A DNA stretch of 50,454 bases, counting the filler, from Trypethelium eluteriae (lineage: Eukaryota): the NCBI GenBank assembly GCA_051942245.1. It is 2 parts of 2 records of this genome, joined end to end, with 100 filler letters (N's around TTAATTAATTAA, not from the genome) between each part and the next. Parts side by side here need not be neighbours in the genome. Positions count along the whole stretch, not along the records: positions 1 to 25,194 come from JAVECL010000380.1; 1 more part is not named here. One strand, 5' to 3'. Both the position numbers and the translations under genes were made by a program. Below the pieces are notes generated by a model. The model was given only the letters and a program-made list of their open reading frames with translations. It was not told where the DNA came from and did not search any database. Below are positions 1-12,771 of this stretch, piece by piece; position 1 is the stretch's first letter, and every line of letters starts with the position of its first letter.

Positions 1-1
1 C

Positions 2-625
2 CTCTCCCAACCCTCCCGCACCCTCCTCGACATCGGATGCTTCATCGGCCAAGACCTGCGGCACCTGGTCTTCCACGACGGGGTGCGGCCCTCGCAGCTC
101 CGCGGCCTGGATCTGGTGCCCGAGTTCTGGGACGTCGGGTACGAGCTCTTTCGAGACCGCGACCGAGACTTCGGACAGGTCGTGAAGACGAGTGGCGGGG
201 ACGTGCTGGATCTGCGGTCGATGAAAGAGGGCGCGGCGCTCGAGGGGGTAGAGGGCGGGGTCGTTGATTTTATTTACGTGTCGCAGGTGTTGCATCAGCT
301 TGACGTCGAGCGCGGCGTCGTTGCGGCCAAGAATATCGTGGGACTCACGAGGGGACCTGGGTCGCGGATTGTTGAGGCGCAGGTTGGAGCGGTGGTGGGG
401 AGGGAGTCGAAGGGGTATGGAGCTGTGGCGGGACCGCAGCCGTGGGTGCATGATGAGGAGTCGTGGAAGAGGATGTGGGAGCGCGTGGGACGGGAGATGG
501 GGATAGAGTTGGAGGTGGAGACGAGGATGAAGGCGTGGCGGGAGTATGGTGTTGACCCGTCGGTGACGAGTTACATGGGAGACGATACGCAGATCTTGGA
601 ATTTGACGTGAAGAGGTTGACGTAG
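2..625 (+). CDS. SAM-dependent methyltransferase, AusD/AdrK/Trt5-like family (5'-truncated by window edge)
   Basis: Frame open from base 2: LSQPSRTLLDIGCFIGQDLR (motif I, LDxGCxxGQDLR), then GLDLVPEFWDVGYELFRD and DFIYVSQVLHQL; stop TAG at 623-625. Confidence 0.8.
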   Translation, partial: LSQPSRTLLDIGCFIGQDLRHLVFHDGVRPSQLRGLDLVPEFWDVGYELFRDRDRDFGQVVKTSGGDVLDLRSMKEGAALEGVEGGVVDFIYVSQVLHQLDVERGVVAAKNIVGLTRGPGSRIVEAQVGAVVGRESKGYGAVAGPQPWVHDEESWKRMWERVGREMGIELEVETRMKAWREYGVDPSVTSYMGDDTQILEFDVKRLT

Positions 626-871
626 GAAGACATTTGGAAACTGGAGAGGCCTCTGTTGCCAACGCTCTGTCGATCATGGTCGGATAGGTCCGGACGGGAA
701 TGCTAGATTTTGGATTGCCGGATCTGATCCAGAGCTTTCAGGCTTCGATAGAACTTCAATCCACTTGTTGATATGAGGGCCAAAAACGCCTGTATTGGCA
801 AAGAACCACGGTGATCTAAAGGTGGCAGTGCTCTCCAAGACGCCAATTTTGTAACAGCCCAAGAAAGAACC

Positions 872-3052
872 TCATTCGCTCTTCTTCTCTCCATTGCCTT
901 CGACACTCTCTGCATTTCCATCGGTCAAACCGTTACTGTCACCCATAGCCTTCTCTTCATCTCGCTTCTTGTCAAGCTCAATATCCGGTGCCGGTGCAAA
1001 TTTGCTTCTAGCCCGGATCTGCTTGCCTCTGAAGAAGAAAATGAATGGCATTGGAACCAGGAGAGCTGCTACACATCCAATCAGTGTCATGCCCCAGTTG
1101 ATACCAATTCCGTCAAACATGTAGGTTGCAAACAGCGGGAAAACAGCTCCGAAAAGGCTTCGCATGAACGTGTTGCCAGCGATCGCAGAAGCAGCGAACA
1201 TTAGATACGCGTCAACGATGTAGTTGAGTAGTTGGAGAAATACCGTGAAAATACCGAAGCCGGACGCGAGACCAGAGAGAGTTGGCACGATCCAGTGAAT
1301 GCTTTTCGTATATCCAGTCCATCCAAACCAAAAGAGGCCTGCTTCGGTCAGTATAATGAGGAAAGGGTTGTATATCGGGAATATATACCTATGGTGAATG
1401 AGATACCTCCGGCCATGACAAGAGGCAAACGCCACTCGGGTACTGGGACATTTCGATTGGCATCCAACTTGCGAACATAGGCCGGGTTCATGACCACGAC
1501 GCAAACAAAGCCGATCAACTCTCCAGTGATAAATCCGAAATATGGTAAGCCAGCCACTCCTGGAGTAAAGCCATGAACCCTTTGGAAGACGAGTGCATAT
1601 GCAGTGAGGAAGAGGTATAGTAAGCCGTACAGAAATGACATGTAAATGGTGACAAGAAGCACAATCGGTTCCGTGAAGAGGATACGTAACGGACGACTGA
1701 CGTTCTTGCTGATGAGCTGGCGAAGATCAACTTCCACTTCTTCCTGTTTGGCATGAATACCCCAGTTCTTGGTCAAGCGGCGCAATTCGGAGGCTTTGCT
1801 GACAAGGATGACTGGAGCGTAAGACTCTTTTTGGAAGAACAGGGCGGCTAAACAAGCGGCGAATGCCATGAAGGCTGTAATGTATTGGGTCCAGCGCCAG
1901 CCAAGATACGAAGTGACAATGAAGCCACCGAGAAAGGGTCCGATAAGAGGTCCCATGAATACAGTCGCACTGAAGGCAGCTATAGCAAGACCACGAACCT
2001 ACGATGCATAGCGCACGTCAGCAATACATCACAGTTTTAGTCTCCAATGGATGCGTATAGATGTTAACAGGGTCCCAATGGCATTCGAATGATCCTGGGG
2101 TTTCTGATCGGAACGGACTGCAAGATTGTCCATGTAAGCTTACCTTGTTGTTGTACATGTCCGCAAACACGGCAGCCACGACAGCGAGCGGGCAAGACCC
2201 AAACAGCCCTCCAAAGAATCTCCCAAGCATAAGAGTCTGTATATCCTTAGAGACAGCAACGGTAATGTTGAAGATCCCAAAGCCAAAAGCTCCTAGGATA
2301 ATCGGCACTCTTCGGCCATACAACTCGGAAACAGGAGCCCAGATGATGGGACCAAATGCATATCCAAGAACGAAGAGAGATGTCCCCAGAGTTGCGACTT
2401 CGCGTCCAACATGGAACTCCCTTTCAACCGCAGGTGCGGCATTGGAGAAAATGCTGCTGCTTAATGTTGCGGCGAGAGAGTCGAAAATTAAGATGCCGGA
2501 AATGATCATTTTCGTACCGAAGGGCCAGTTTTGTGCGTGTAAGGGGTCGTCATGACCATCAAATTCGACGACGTATTCTTCCTTTTCCGGGAGCATAGCA
2601 GGGTAGGGCTTCGATCCACCAAATGGAGGTAGAGTCTTACTCTTTCTTGACCGTACGCCTTCACTACCGACTGTGCTCTGATGCTGCAGTCTGTGGGTCT
2701 CCATCCGTTCAATTGCCGTAGGATGGCGCTCTAGATACCTTCCGATTTGCGTCTCTGTTGGCTGTATCACGGTAGACTCTCTATGGACAGTATGTGGTCG
2801 GGACGAGGTACCTCCCCGAATGGATGCATAGCCATGAGTTGATGCGCTTGACGTTGAATGACTACTGGCATGACTCTCTACAGCTTCTAAAGGTCTGCCT
2901 TCAGGCTCATCTATCGGCTGTCCTCGCTGCTGCTCATGAGCCTCGTTGTAAATCCGATCAAAGTTATCATTGGGATCATAGTTGCGAAATGCATCGGGGC
3001 TTGCATCTCTTTCGGCCTCTTCAATGTCGACATCCTCAATGTTTGGGGGCAT
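872..3052 (-). CDS. MFS multidrug/polyamine:H+ antiporter, DHA1 family
   Basis: ATG at 3052 (MPPNIED); motifs VEFDGHDDPLHAQNW, GPIIWAPVSELYGRR, GRFFGG, GWRW, ESYAP, RPLRILFTEPI, PEWRL. Introns 1999-2143 (GTAAGC..GCTGAC..TAG) and ~1339-1388 join three ORF-track fragments in frame. Confidence 0.93.
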
Positions 3053-4136
3053 GTTGCTGCCGAGTATGGTAAGTTGGGTAGGAATCGGGAAAGTAGCGAC
3101 TGATAGGTTGTCCGATAGCAATTGTAAGACCGAGCAGGCACTCAACTCAGCGTGTTGAATGTAGATTGAAGAGACAGGTCAATTGATAGTGAGTCGTCCC
3201 TACAAGAGTGAGATAGGGCCTGGGCGTGGAAGAAGACTCAGATTGAATGGCGGCATGTGAGAAATACCTAGGTAGCTGAGCTGTATGTAATGATAGCTTA
3301 TTAAGTGGGTTAGCCACGGCACTGGACGGCACTAGCTACCGTAGTGGCTCCTAGAGTAGCCTAACAACCGACCGACCAGGGCCAAATAACGAGGTCCGGC
3401 CTATTCGGACAGGCATATGCACCCATCACAATCCAACTTCAGGCTTCGGAAGTTTGTGGCCGGTCGAGTAAGAAGACCAGTTTTGAAATTATCCCGGTAC
3501 TTACCGTTCACGACCAACCCCACCTCAAATTGGCATGGCGGGCACCGACGGGGGTAGCTACATAAGGGCTTTGTCAGCCAATCCTTGTAAGCCATATGCA
3601 GCTCTAGTAATCCTCCCGCAGCATTATCATTCGATTTGGGCCCTTTCGATCCTTCAGAGACCCTCGAAAATATACTGGAGAGGACTTTTAGCCTTGAAGG
3701 ACGAGGAACTTCCAGAAGTCTCAAGGTGAGCACTTGTACCACGTGCAACGACATCATTTGCCAGGTCCCGACGAAAGGGATTTGGCCGATCTCCCGCCGA
3801 GCCGCATGCTACAAAGCCCTTACCTAAGGGTGTAAGGCAAGATGTATTGCCACTATGACGTGGAAAACGGATATGGCGGGCAGATCCAAGTGTTAGGATG
3901 TTGAGTGGATCAACTGCCTCATGTCAGATTTGGAGAGAAAGGGTTCCGAAATGGGTCTATGATTATCGTCATGAGGAGGTTGTGTATTTTCATTATCTGT
4001 TTCTGACTTCCCTGCCTATGCAAGCGGAATGCCATTCTCTCATGTCATTGTCGTGATCCAGGCTCTTGACTGGGAACATTTTCCTATCCCAAAATGACAG
4101 GTCATCCCTCCACGCGCTTCATGTGCCCTTCACTCC

Positions 4137-4689
4137 TTACACTGCAGCGTCTTGCTTCGCGAACTGTCTGGCAAGCGATTCAATGCTGTCAGCGATATCC
4201 TTGAATGTCTGCTTTTGCTCATCCTCAACAACTTGTACGACAGACTCATCATCATCATTGGCCCATTGGATATCAAATGTATGAAGCTCTAACTTGGTGT
4301 CCAAGCCGTATACATCAGAAGACGAGCTTCCGGGGAAGCCACGGAGTTGGTCGACGAGGCTTAGAAGCTCGTTCACATCGTCCCTGCCGCAATAAGTATC
4401 AGCATAGAGCAAACACCTGCTTTTAAGAGTGTAGGATGTGAGGTACTTTGAAATGTCACCCGACTTCTTGGAAGACGCAGCACCGCCAGTGCTTTGTGTG
4501 CGATGGACGCTTGCAGAACGATTGGGCTCTCCAATGACTTCGATCACATGGCTTGGTGTTCCTGTGGAGTATCTAGGTCTTAGCTGAATGCTATAGTAGT
4601 GTGTAGGGGAAATTGAACTCACCAGTAAATGGCTTCGTAAGGCGAACCGTGAACTCGCCCGAGGGAGGGGGCGCCATAATACGAGGCAT
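4137..4689 (-). CDS. small hypothetical protein, 3 exons
   Basis: ATG at 4689 gives MPRIMAPPPSGEFTVRLTKPFT; intron 4562-4622 (GTGAGT..CAG) and probable intron 4384-4446 (GTACCT..GCTGAT..CAG); continues DDVNELLSLVDQLRGFP..DVYGLDTKLEL to TAA at 4137. No family recognised. Confidence 0.7.
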
Positions 4690-4976
4690 GGTGGATGAAG
4701 ATTTGGACTGGTCCTAAACTGAAGACTACACGCTTGGATGACTTTAGTGAATGTGAGGGGCAGTGAAAATTGAGTGCACCAGATGTATCAGATGTCTGGC
4801 TTGAGATGGATTGTTTTGGTAGTTGATGGTAATCTAAATTACGTCATCCTACCGTAATTCTGTGGTATGAACTTCGGCCAATTATTCTCCCATGGTCGAG
4901 TCATCCCATCCCATCACGTCGCGGAGGCACTGCCTACTCCATATGGGGTGCTGTCATTGGAATCCCATATTCCAAG

Positions 4977-5999
4977 ATGTCTGATGTCGAGGAGCCGCTT
5001 GTCGATACGACCGTACCCATTCCACTGCATTCAAAACGCACCCAGCGAATGCAGAGAAAAAAGGCGAAGAAACACGGCACCTTTGAAGAGCCGAAAGTGC
5101 TGCTAGAACTACCAAATGAGATCCTGGTGGACATTTTGGGCTATCTTCGACCCAGTGATGTCTTCAATGCCTTGCGTGTAAACAGAGCCCTCAAGTCTCT
5201 CATCCTTCATAACGAAAACGCCATTGTGAAGGATATAACGTCGACCAGATACTCTGTCCTTATCCGCTGTTTTCCTCTCCCGAAGCCACTCGATGAAGTC
5301 AATAGAGATGACCACCCTGCCCTTCTTAACGAACGGAGACAAGAACTACTCAACATTCATAAGAAGCCGTATCAACATATAAGGCACCCTGATCCACAAG
5401 CCATCTGTACCTGTCTAACGTGTATCTTTGCTTGGAATAACCTATGCTTGCTTGTCGATTTCGCCCACTGGCAAGGCAATCTCGATCGAGGGGATCCGCT
5501 CCCAATTATCCCGCGGGGACGTAACCCAGAATGGAATTACCAACTTGTCGCAGCAAACGGTGTGGTGGTGGAAAAGGCAATGCAGAGCCAGCTCTGGTAT
5601 GCACACATACTCGAGCAGCACCTCAATAGCATAACGCGCGCCATCACGCGGTTATCAACGGCGCGAAGGAAGAAACCACCGTATCAGATGTCGTCTCAGG
5701 ATGTTGTATCGGAAACGGACTCATTCCTGCAGCGAAGCGGACCGCCATCCTACGATATGCCGTGGCATCGAGACAACTATTATATGCTAGAGGCGTATCT
5801 GCCAAATAGACGGTGGGATAAGGAAGAGCAGAGATGGTTCTACTATCCAGATACGCAACACGACCGGGACTTGGAGTGGGTTAGGAGAACGGCAACCCGA
5901 CTACAAGAGCAGGAGAAAGAGAAGCCTCGACTAGGAGGAGCTACCCGCACAGGAAATCAATACCAAGACATAGAGTATATTGCATCCGAAAAATATTAG
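4977..5999 (+). CDS. F-box domain protein
   Basis: Intronless 340-aa ORF with F-box-like LLELPNEILVDILGYLRPSDVFNALRVNRALKSLI after a basic stretch; C-terminal region with ICTCLTC. Confidence 0.85.
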   Translation: MSDVEEPLVDTTVPIPLHSKRTQRMQRKKAKKHGTFEEPKVLLELPNEILVDILGYLRPSDVFNALRVNRALKSLILHNENAIVKDITSTRYSVLIRCFPLPKPLDEVNRDDHPALLNERRQELLNIHKKPYQHIRHPDPQAICTCLTCIFAWNNLCLLVDFAHWQGNLDRGDPLPIIPRGRNPEWNYQLVAANGVVVEKAMQSQLWYAHILEQHLNSITRAITRLSTARRKKPPYQMSSQDVVSETDSFLQRSGPPSYDMPWHRDNYYMLEAYLPNRRWDKEEQRWFYYPDTQHDRDLEWVRRTATRLQEQEKEKPRLGGATRTGNQYQDIEYIASEKY

Positions 6000-6186
6000 T
6001 ATATTTGAAGAGTCGAACAGTCATGAGTGAACCTCATGTAATATTTCCATTCCTTCTCTCATGCACATTCTATGCCACTATGCTCTCTATATCACACTCA
6101 TACACTTTTTGAGAATGCCAGAAATAACCAAGTCCGCTAAACGCCATTCCACAAATGCTTAGTATGTTCTCTTCATTATCGCTGTA

Positions 6187-8307
6187 TCAGAAATCGTGTC
6201 TTGCCATCTTGCTCATCCTTCGAATTCTTTCGCCGTATCTATAGAGGACAAAGGGGATGGGGATGAACGCAATACCGATGAAGGCAAGCGTGGATGAGCC
6301 CCAGCCGAGTCCAAGTACTTTGTACATGTGGTTTGCAAACAGTGGGAATGCAGCTGCAACACCACTTCGGAAAAGATCGTTCCCGGCGTAGACACTAGCC
6401 ACGTAGTCTGGGTATGCATCGCCTACAAATGTTAGTGGTGTACTTAGGATCAACGAATCAAGGGGCAAGCTTACCGAGATAACTCAGCACGGACATGAAA
6501 AGGCACAATGCTCCCATCGAGAACAAGGAACTACCGATGATAGGCACAATCCAGTGAACTGAGGGTCGCGCTGACCAGCCGAACCAGAATAGACAGGCTG
6601 GAATGAAGAAGGCTCCGACCATGGCGGGCATGATTCGGTATTCCGGCTTCAGCTCGCCATTTGCGTTGAATTTCGGCTCCAGATACTTGTGTACCCACCA
6701 GAAGAAGATTGGAAGTGCGATCCACGAGCCAACTAGCAAACCCAAGAATGCCAGACCGTTGGTTCCGGTGTTGAAATGATAGATGTCGACAAAGACAAGG
6801 GGAAACGACTCGAACCACAGATACAATAGGGAGTAAACCAAGGCGATGTACAGGTTCAATATCAGGACGATAGGCTCGAAGAAGCTGAGTGTGAACGGGC
6901 GGACGAGAACCATCATCATAGCCTCGTGTCCTGTCATCTGCTCGGCCATAACTTCACCTTTCGTCTTGAGCTTGGTGTTGCCAGTTCTTTTCCGAAGTCG
7001 ATCAGCGCGGCGGAAGAGGATGTTCGAAGCACTGGTTTCTGGGAGGAAGATCATGATGAAGACAAGGCAAAAACCAGAGAGCCAAAGAAGCTCCCAGATA
7101 GTCCATCGCCAGCCTTTGTTTTCAGCTGCAAAACCTCCGACCTAAAATGCTCAGTTAGCACGAATGCAACACAATTTCATTGAATGACGACTCTTACCAA
7201 GGGACCAAGCGCTGGACCAAAGACGGCAGAAGAACCCCACATAGCCATGGCGTAGACCTGTTTCCTGGGAACGTACATATCCGCGACTGTGGCACCACCG
7301 GTGGCCAGAACGGGAGATCCAAATACACCGGTCAAGAATCGGAAAGCCAGAAGCATGCCAAAATTCTTGGCATATATGACACCGAATTGGAAGAAGACGA
7401 ATACGATGAGGGTCAGGATATAGATATTGGTTCGTCCGAAGTACGGAACCTCAGACATGGAACTCTGTACCCAAGGTCAGTCACTGCATCCAGAACGCCA
7501 CGTCCGATGATTTCATCCCAAAAGACTTACCCAGAGCATAGGACCAACCGCATATCCAATGACGAACAACGTCAAGCCCAGCAATGCCGCCGTCTCACTC
7601 ACATGATACTCCAATATCACATACTCCAGTCCAGCCGTATAGATCGCACTCCCAATATACACACTCATCGTCAAGAAGCAGATCTCGAAGGTAACGAAGA
7701 ACTTCTTCCCGATGGACCAATTCCTTGGGTTCGCGGGATCATTCGGCAACCAGTCAATCAGCTCATAATCCTGACCCTTCTCCATCTCCTCCGGCTCGGC
7801 CGACGGCCTCGTGCTGTCGATCGGCTCCTCGCGCAACTCCTCAATCGGCTTCTGCGACTCCAGCCGCGCCTCCACGTCCGACGGCTGCGAGATCAGCGGC
7901 TTGTGGCTCAGGCCCGTCGCATACGACGGCATCTCCTTGAGCGGCCGCTGGCCATCGGGCTGGAAACTCGACGCCATGGATGGCATCTCGCGAAGGGGTT
8001 TGCCCGGTTCGTGGACGGGTTGCTGGAAGCTGGATGCCATCGAGGGTTTTGCTCGCAAGGTCTGGCCGTCGAAGGTGGTGGAGGCCATGGAGGGCTGTTC
8101 GCGTAGCTGCTTCTGGCCGTTGATTTCGATGCTGGGGCCGCGGTTGGTCATTTCTTCGAGGGCGACTGGGTTGCCGGCGTTTGAGCCCGTCTGGACGAGC
8201 TTGGCGACCATCTCGTTGTTGTAGTCTTCCTCCCATCCTAGCAGGCGGCCACCCGAAAGGGAGTGGATGATGTGCCCGACGAAGCTGTCTCGGATTGTGT
8301 CCCTCAT
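6187..8307 (-). CDS. MFS multidrug transporter, DHA1 family (Flr1/Caf5/Mdr1-like)
   Basis: MRDTIRDSFVG start, WLPNDPANPRNW, SEVPYFGR, FRFLTGVFGSP, GWRW, PETS, RPFTLSFFEPI, PEYR, AGNDLFRS. Three introns near 7465-7530, 7142-7197 and 6422-6475 join the four ORF pieces. Confidence 0.93.
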
Positions 8308-9432
8308 GGTGGATAGACGGTGGAGGGAATGCTGGGTAGGGATTGATGCTGGGACTTAGGGATGGCGAGAGAGAATTGGGAGAAAAGAGAGAAAGCGAGC
8401 TCCGGAGGGAAGAGGAGTGAGAAAAGAGAGAGTAGCGTTGGCGGTGAAAAGTAGGATGGAGCTAAGGGAGGTGGGAAAATACGAGACAAGCCCCGACAGA
8501 ATAGCTACATATAGTCTATGATGATATCTTCTCAACGGTGGTAGGACAGTCCACTACTCGCCATGCAGCGAGGCAGCCCACCAGCGTGTGGCCCCGCCCC
8601 TTCGATTATATGGGTCGTCCTTATCAAGGACCGCATTTTGTTTGTGCTCCTTTCCGGGTTCGTAAGGCTCCTTTGTGTCATCATGCCCTTTCTGTCTAGA
8701 GGAGAGGTAGGAGAGGTCAGCGTCGCAGGGCCGGCGCCGGTACAGGCCTGCACCATTCTCGCGGAAGGATGACGAGCTGAGGCGGGGAGCGGGTGTTGTT
8801 TCAGGCGTCAGTGGAAATCGGACGTTGATTCCGTTAGGCGACACTGGCGATTTGCTGTTCAGATGAATAGTGTGGATGGTCGCGTCCGTGGCGTGGGTCG
8901 GGCTTTGATTCTCGGCCCGCGCGCCCGCACGTGGACGGCACGTTTAGGGCGAGCCCACGGTGCGCACTCAACGAAGAACTCGCTCTTCCCCCGCCACCCT
9001 GACTGGAAGCTGCGATCCCAAAATCAAGGCGCGATGCCGGCCCTCTGGTTCTCGGGAGCTAGAAACTCCGTCCTTGCCTATTTGAACCACGCTAGCCTTC
9101 CCGGGGCCATAATAGATCTCCACACTAAGAGATAAGGTCGTTCTGCCGAGTGGTACAGACCTTGAAAACGTGGAATTATAAGCCAGATTAATTATAGTAG
9201 ATCATTTATCTAAACGAATTGTGATGCTTGGACCACTCATATTTACAACGACCGTTGCCCTGATCTCATATCACGAATGGACTCCACGCTTCTTAAACAG
9301 TCCCTAATCGCCCCCCTTCCGTTGGAGTTCGAATTCACAGTTACATTGCACACGTCCGGAACGTCACCTGATGTCGTAGTCCGTGTAGTTCATTTCGATG
9401 ATCTAGCCTCAGCTGAACAGTCTCTTTACCAC

Positions 9433-12100
9433 CTATTGATAGGGCTCAGGATTATAGCCTTGAGGCATTCCGTACTCGAACCCCGGCATCATATTCTCTC
9501 CTTGGACGTCGCCAATGAAGTTTTCCCAATTCCTCCAGGCCGCAACCGCATTGTACGGGATGGACGTCTCTGTATTTGCCAATAGCCAAGGGTCCCAGTT
9601 GAATGCATCTTGCGGCAGCGTAACCGTCGTGGGGAGCTGAGGCGCGTCATCCATACGCTGGGTATACGCTGGCGTAACAGGTATCTGGAAGTTCTCCATT
9701 TCAGCCTCGGGTGGGGATGAGGGCAACGGTCCAAGCTGATTGAAGTCAAACGATGACGGGGTCGGGGTGGCTTGAACTGCTGGAGTCTGGGGCGGCTCGC
9801 GGGCTTGTTGCCTTGCTTTCCTCGCTTTGATCATAAGTTTGCGTATGGGTTGCCATCGCATACCTCGGATGGAGTCTGCGATGTCGCGAGCGACCCAGTC
9901 AAAGTACCGATCCACGATCTTCCACGCTCGCTCTACTAGGGGGCCCTCAGTCTGGACGCATAGTTCCGCGAGAGTGATGGCGAGTGTATGCCATTGAACG
10001 TAATTAGCAGTCAGCCATTTGATCTGTTGAGTAACTGGGCTTGTCGCGAAGACAGCATGTTTCTCCAATATCTCGACTGATAAGACGAGCACATTCGGAC
10101 GATCCGTGGGTGGAACGACGATGGTCTCTTGAACGAGCGGACGGTAGATGCCCAGCCATAGTATCGCCATCACGACATTAGCAACCAGCTTGGTCGTCCA
10201 TTCGAGAGGCTTCGAGGTATCGCAGTATTGTAGATATCGTTGTTCGAGTCGTTGTTGCGCGTTGCGGACTAGCTCTTTCCGACCTTCCCACGTCCGTTCC
10301 GGCTTGACGTCTGGTTCGCTGGGGTCACTCGGTTGCACAAACATGATGCTCCGGTACGTCTGGCAAAGTTCTTGACTGATGAGACTAAGGCATTGTTAGT
10401 CGAGCTTGATTTCTCCCTCGAAAACAGGACATTGGGGAAGTGTGTCCATACCTGAATGTCATGTCTGTGAATTCCTTACGCTCCGGGACTATTTCTGGCC
10501 CCCCAAGCCAAATGTCTTCGTCGTTAATATGCAATGGTAGTTGAGTATTAAAGCTGCCTCGGAAGATCACAGGTTCAGATCCACGATCCATAGCAAGACT
10601 CACGTCGACAACAGAGAGATTCCACCAAAGCCTGCGTCGCATCTCAGCTTGGAAGAGGGGAAAGCCCGCGTAGCAGCCATTGTCATGTAGCCCAAGTGCA
10701 TGACCAATACGCACCGCGATACTGCATGCATGATGAGTTACAAGTCAAGCCTAGGGAGCATTGATCCTTACCCTGCAAGCGTCCATGAGAACCGAGATTG
10801 GTCATACGAGCGGGTTGAGCCCTTAGCAATCGACGTTAGCTCCAAAGACTTTCTCTTTGGGATCAAAAAGATAGAAAGCCCCTTACAATGAAAAGGACAA
10901 GAGCTTGCAATGTCGATAAGTCTACTGTATTCATGAAGTCCGCTCGGACCAGTGCAACTTCAATACAACGTCGAAAGTTCGCCAATAGCTGAGGTCTCGG
11001 TGCTCCTATCCGTTGCATACACTCGGTATCGGTCAAGCTCGCCGCTGCAATATGAAACACTGCAAATTTCAGAGCATCCAAGCCTTTGATCCCAGGGCTG
11101 CAGTCGAGCGTTAAGCTTTCTCCACGCAGAAATCGCTTTAGGGAAGGACCGTGGAGAATGTTATAGACAGGATGAGCGTTGGTTAGATAGACTTCACAGA
11201 GCTCAATTACTTGCGCGCGAGGGGGATACTGCAGGGCTCCCTCCGTCACCACGAGCCCCTCTGGTCCACATAGAACCCATGCTGATTCTTCGGAGTGAGT
11301 GTGACTCAAAGAGTCTGAGGATATCGTCTCGTGCTCGGCCTCGGCGTCTTCATCGTCATCACTGTCATCTAATGATTGGTTGCCAAGAAGGTAGCGAAGG
11401 CCATTAATCTCAAGCAAAAGTCAGCATCACAGGCAATAACTTGTCCCAGGCTTCCAAGGGGCTTGCCAAACGCACCTCATCTGAGAGGGCGATCCAGAAT
11501 GGAGCACCTGTATCTCCCTTTGGTGGCGCTGTTTGCGAAGTGATATGGTCTATAGGAGGGTGTAAAGGAGGGGAGTCGGAGGACGAGACCGATAATCGTG
11601 CGCTTGACTACAAACTGCTGGTAAGTATATCAAAGGCAAAAAGTAAAAGCGTGAGCGAAGCCGAATTTTCTTTGGTCCAAAAAAAGGGTTTGAGAAGGAT
11701 GAGGGCAAAATTGGTAGGCCCATAGTGAGAAATACAACGGATGAGTTTCGAGACTTACTTTGTGATTGGTATTCTGCGGCTTTGACGATGATGCCTTCTC
11801 CGTAGGCTCGTCGCCCTCAAGATCTTTGACAAGAGTCTCAAGTTTCGCTATACGTTGGAGGAGCTCCGAGTCTTTTCTCCGACGACCACCTTGTCTACCT
11901 CTTGGCAGTCGCGAAGGTGGAGAGTATATACATTCCGCTCCAGCTCGTTGACAGGACAGACATGGATAGCCTCTATCGCATTTGACCTTCCGCTTCCTGC
12001 ACAAGTGGCAGCTCGGTGTAGCCGCGACTCGGCGAGATTTGCTCTGATCGACAGTGGCCGGGGACGTCGCACCCTGGCTTCCGCTCGGTTCTGAACTCAT
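9433..12100 (-). CDS. Zn(II)2Cys6 transcription factor with fungal middle homology region
   Basis: CHLCRKRKVKCDRGYPCLSCQRAGAEC zinc cluster, coiled coil ELLQRIAKLETLV, MHR motifs LSTLQAL, RIGHALGLH, EMRRRLWW, LPLHINDEDI. Five introns reconstructed by hand. Start taken as the Met at 12100; an upstream in-frame Met at 12202 is possible. Confidence 0.92.
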
Positions 12101-12771
12101 GAGAGAGACCGGCGGAGCTATTATACCGATAGGATACAGAGTACGGGAAGGAGTATCCACAGGAATTGGGCAGAGGTTGGCGTGCGGGGAGCCAGAGACC
12201 ATCAGACTAGAAGATCATCATCTGTCAAAGCCGACGAAGTGACGAACCTTGGGATGACGATGCATATCTAATCATAGACGGTCTAGAAAGACGCGCGCAA
12301 ATTCATCGAGTGAAATCGCACGAGAAATGCAGGGTTTTGCCAAGGCGGGTTCTTTAAGGCTGAAGGATATTGAGGTCATCGTTTCATGTGCGATTAGGTG
12401 GGATAGCTCAGGTACATAGTTTTTTTGCGGGCCACCGTCGGCGCTACAAACCACCGAGCATCTTTATGCTTTGGGTCAGCCGACAGCCCAACATCGGCTC
12501 CCTGGGCAGTCAAGTATCCGAATTCTTCAAAGACTCAGGCGTTAGCTTTGACATCATGCCCTTTAAGCATTAATCAATGAGTTGGTCAGAAGGCGATTTG
12601 CCACCTCGTGTCACCCAAGCACTCTCACATGTCGGCTTTGCGCACATAAGCATGCCGTTAAAGCAACGATTACTTAATTACATTACTTCTATTTGCTTTA
12701 CGGTGACCTGCACCATCGACTGAGGAGTCTATGCACTCCAGCCTGCGGGGCGCGGTGGACTAACTTTGTCG

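Noticed and set aside
7180..8106. 308-aa plus-strand ORF
   Set aside because: Antisense shadow of the GC-rich MFS exons, with no recognisable motifs.
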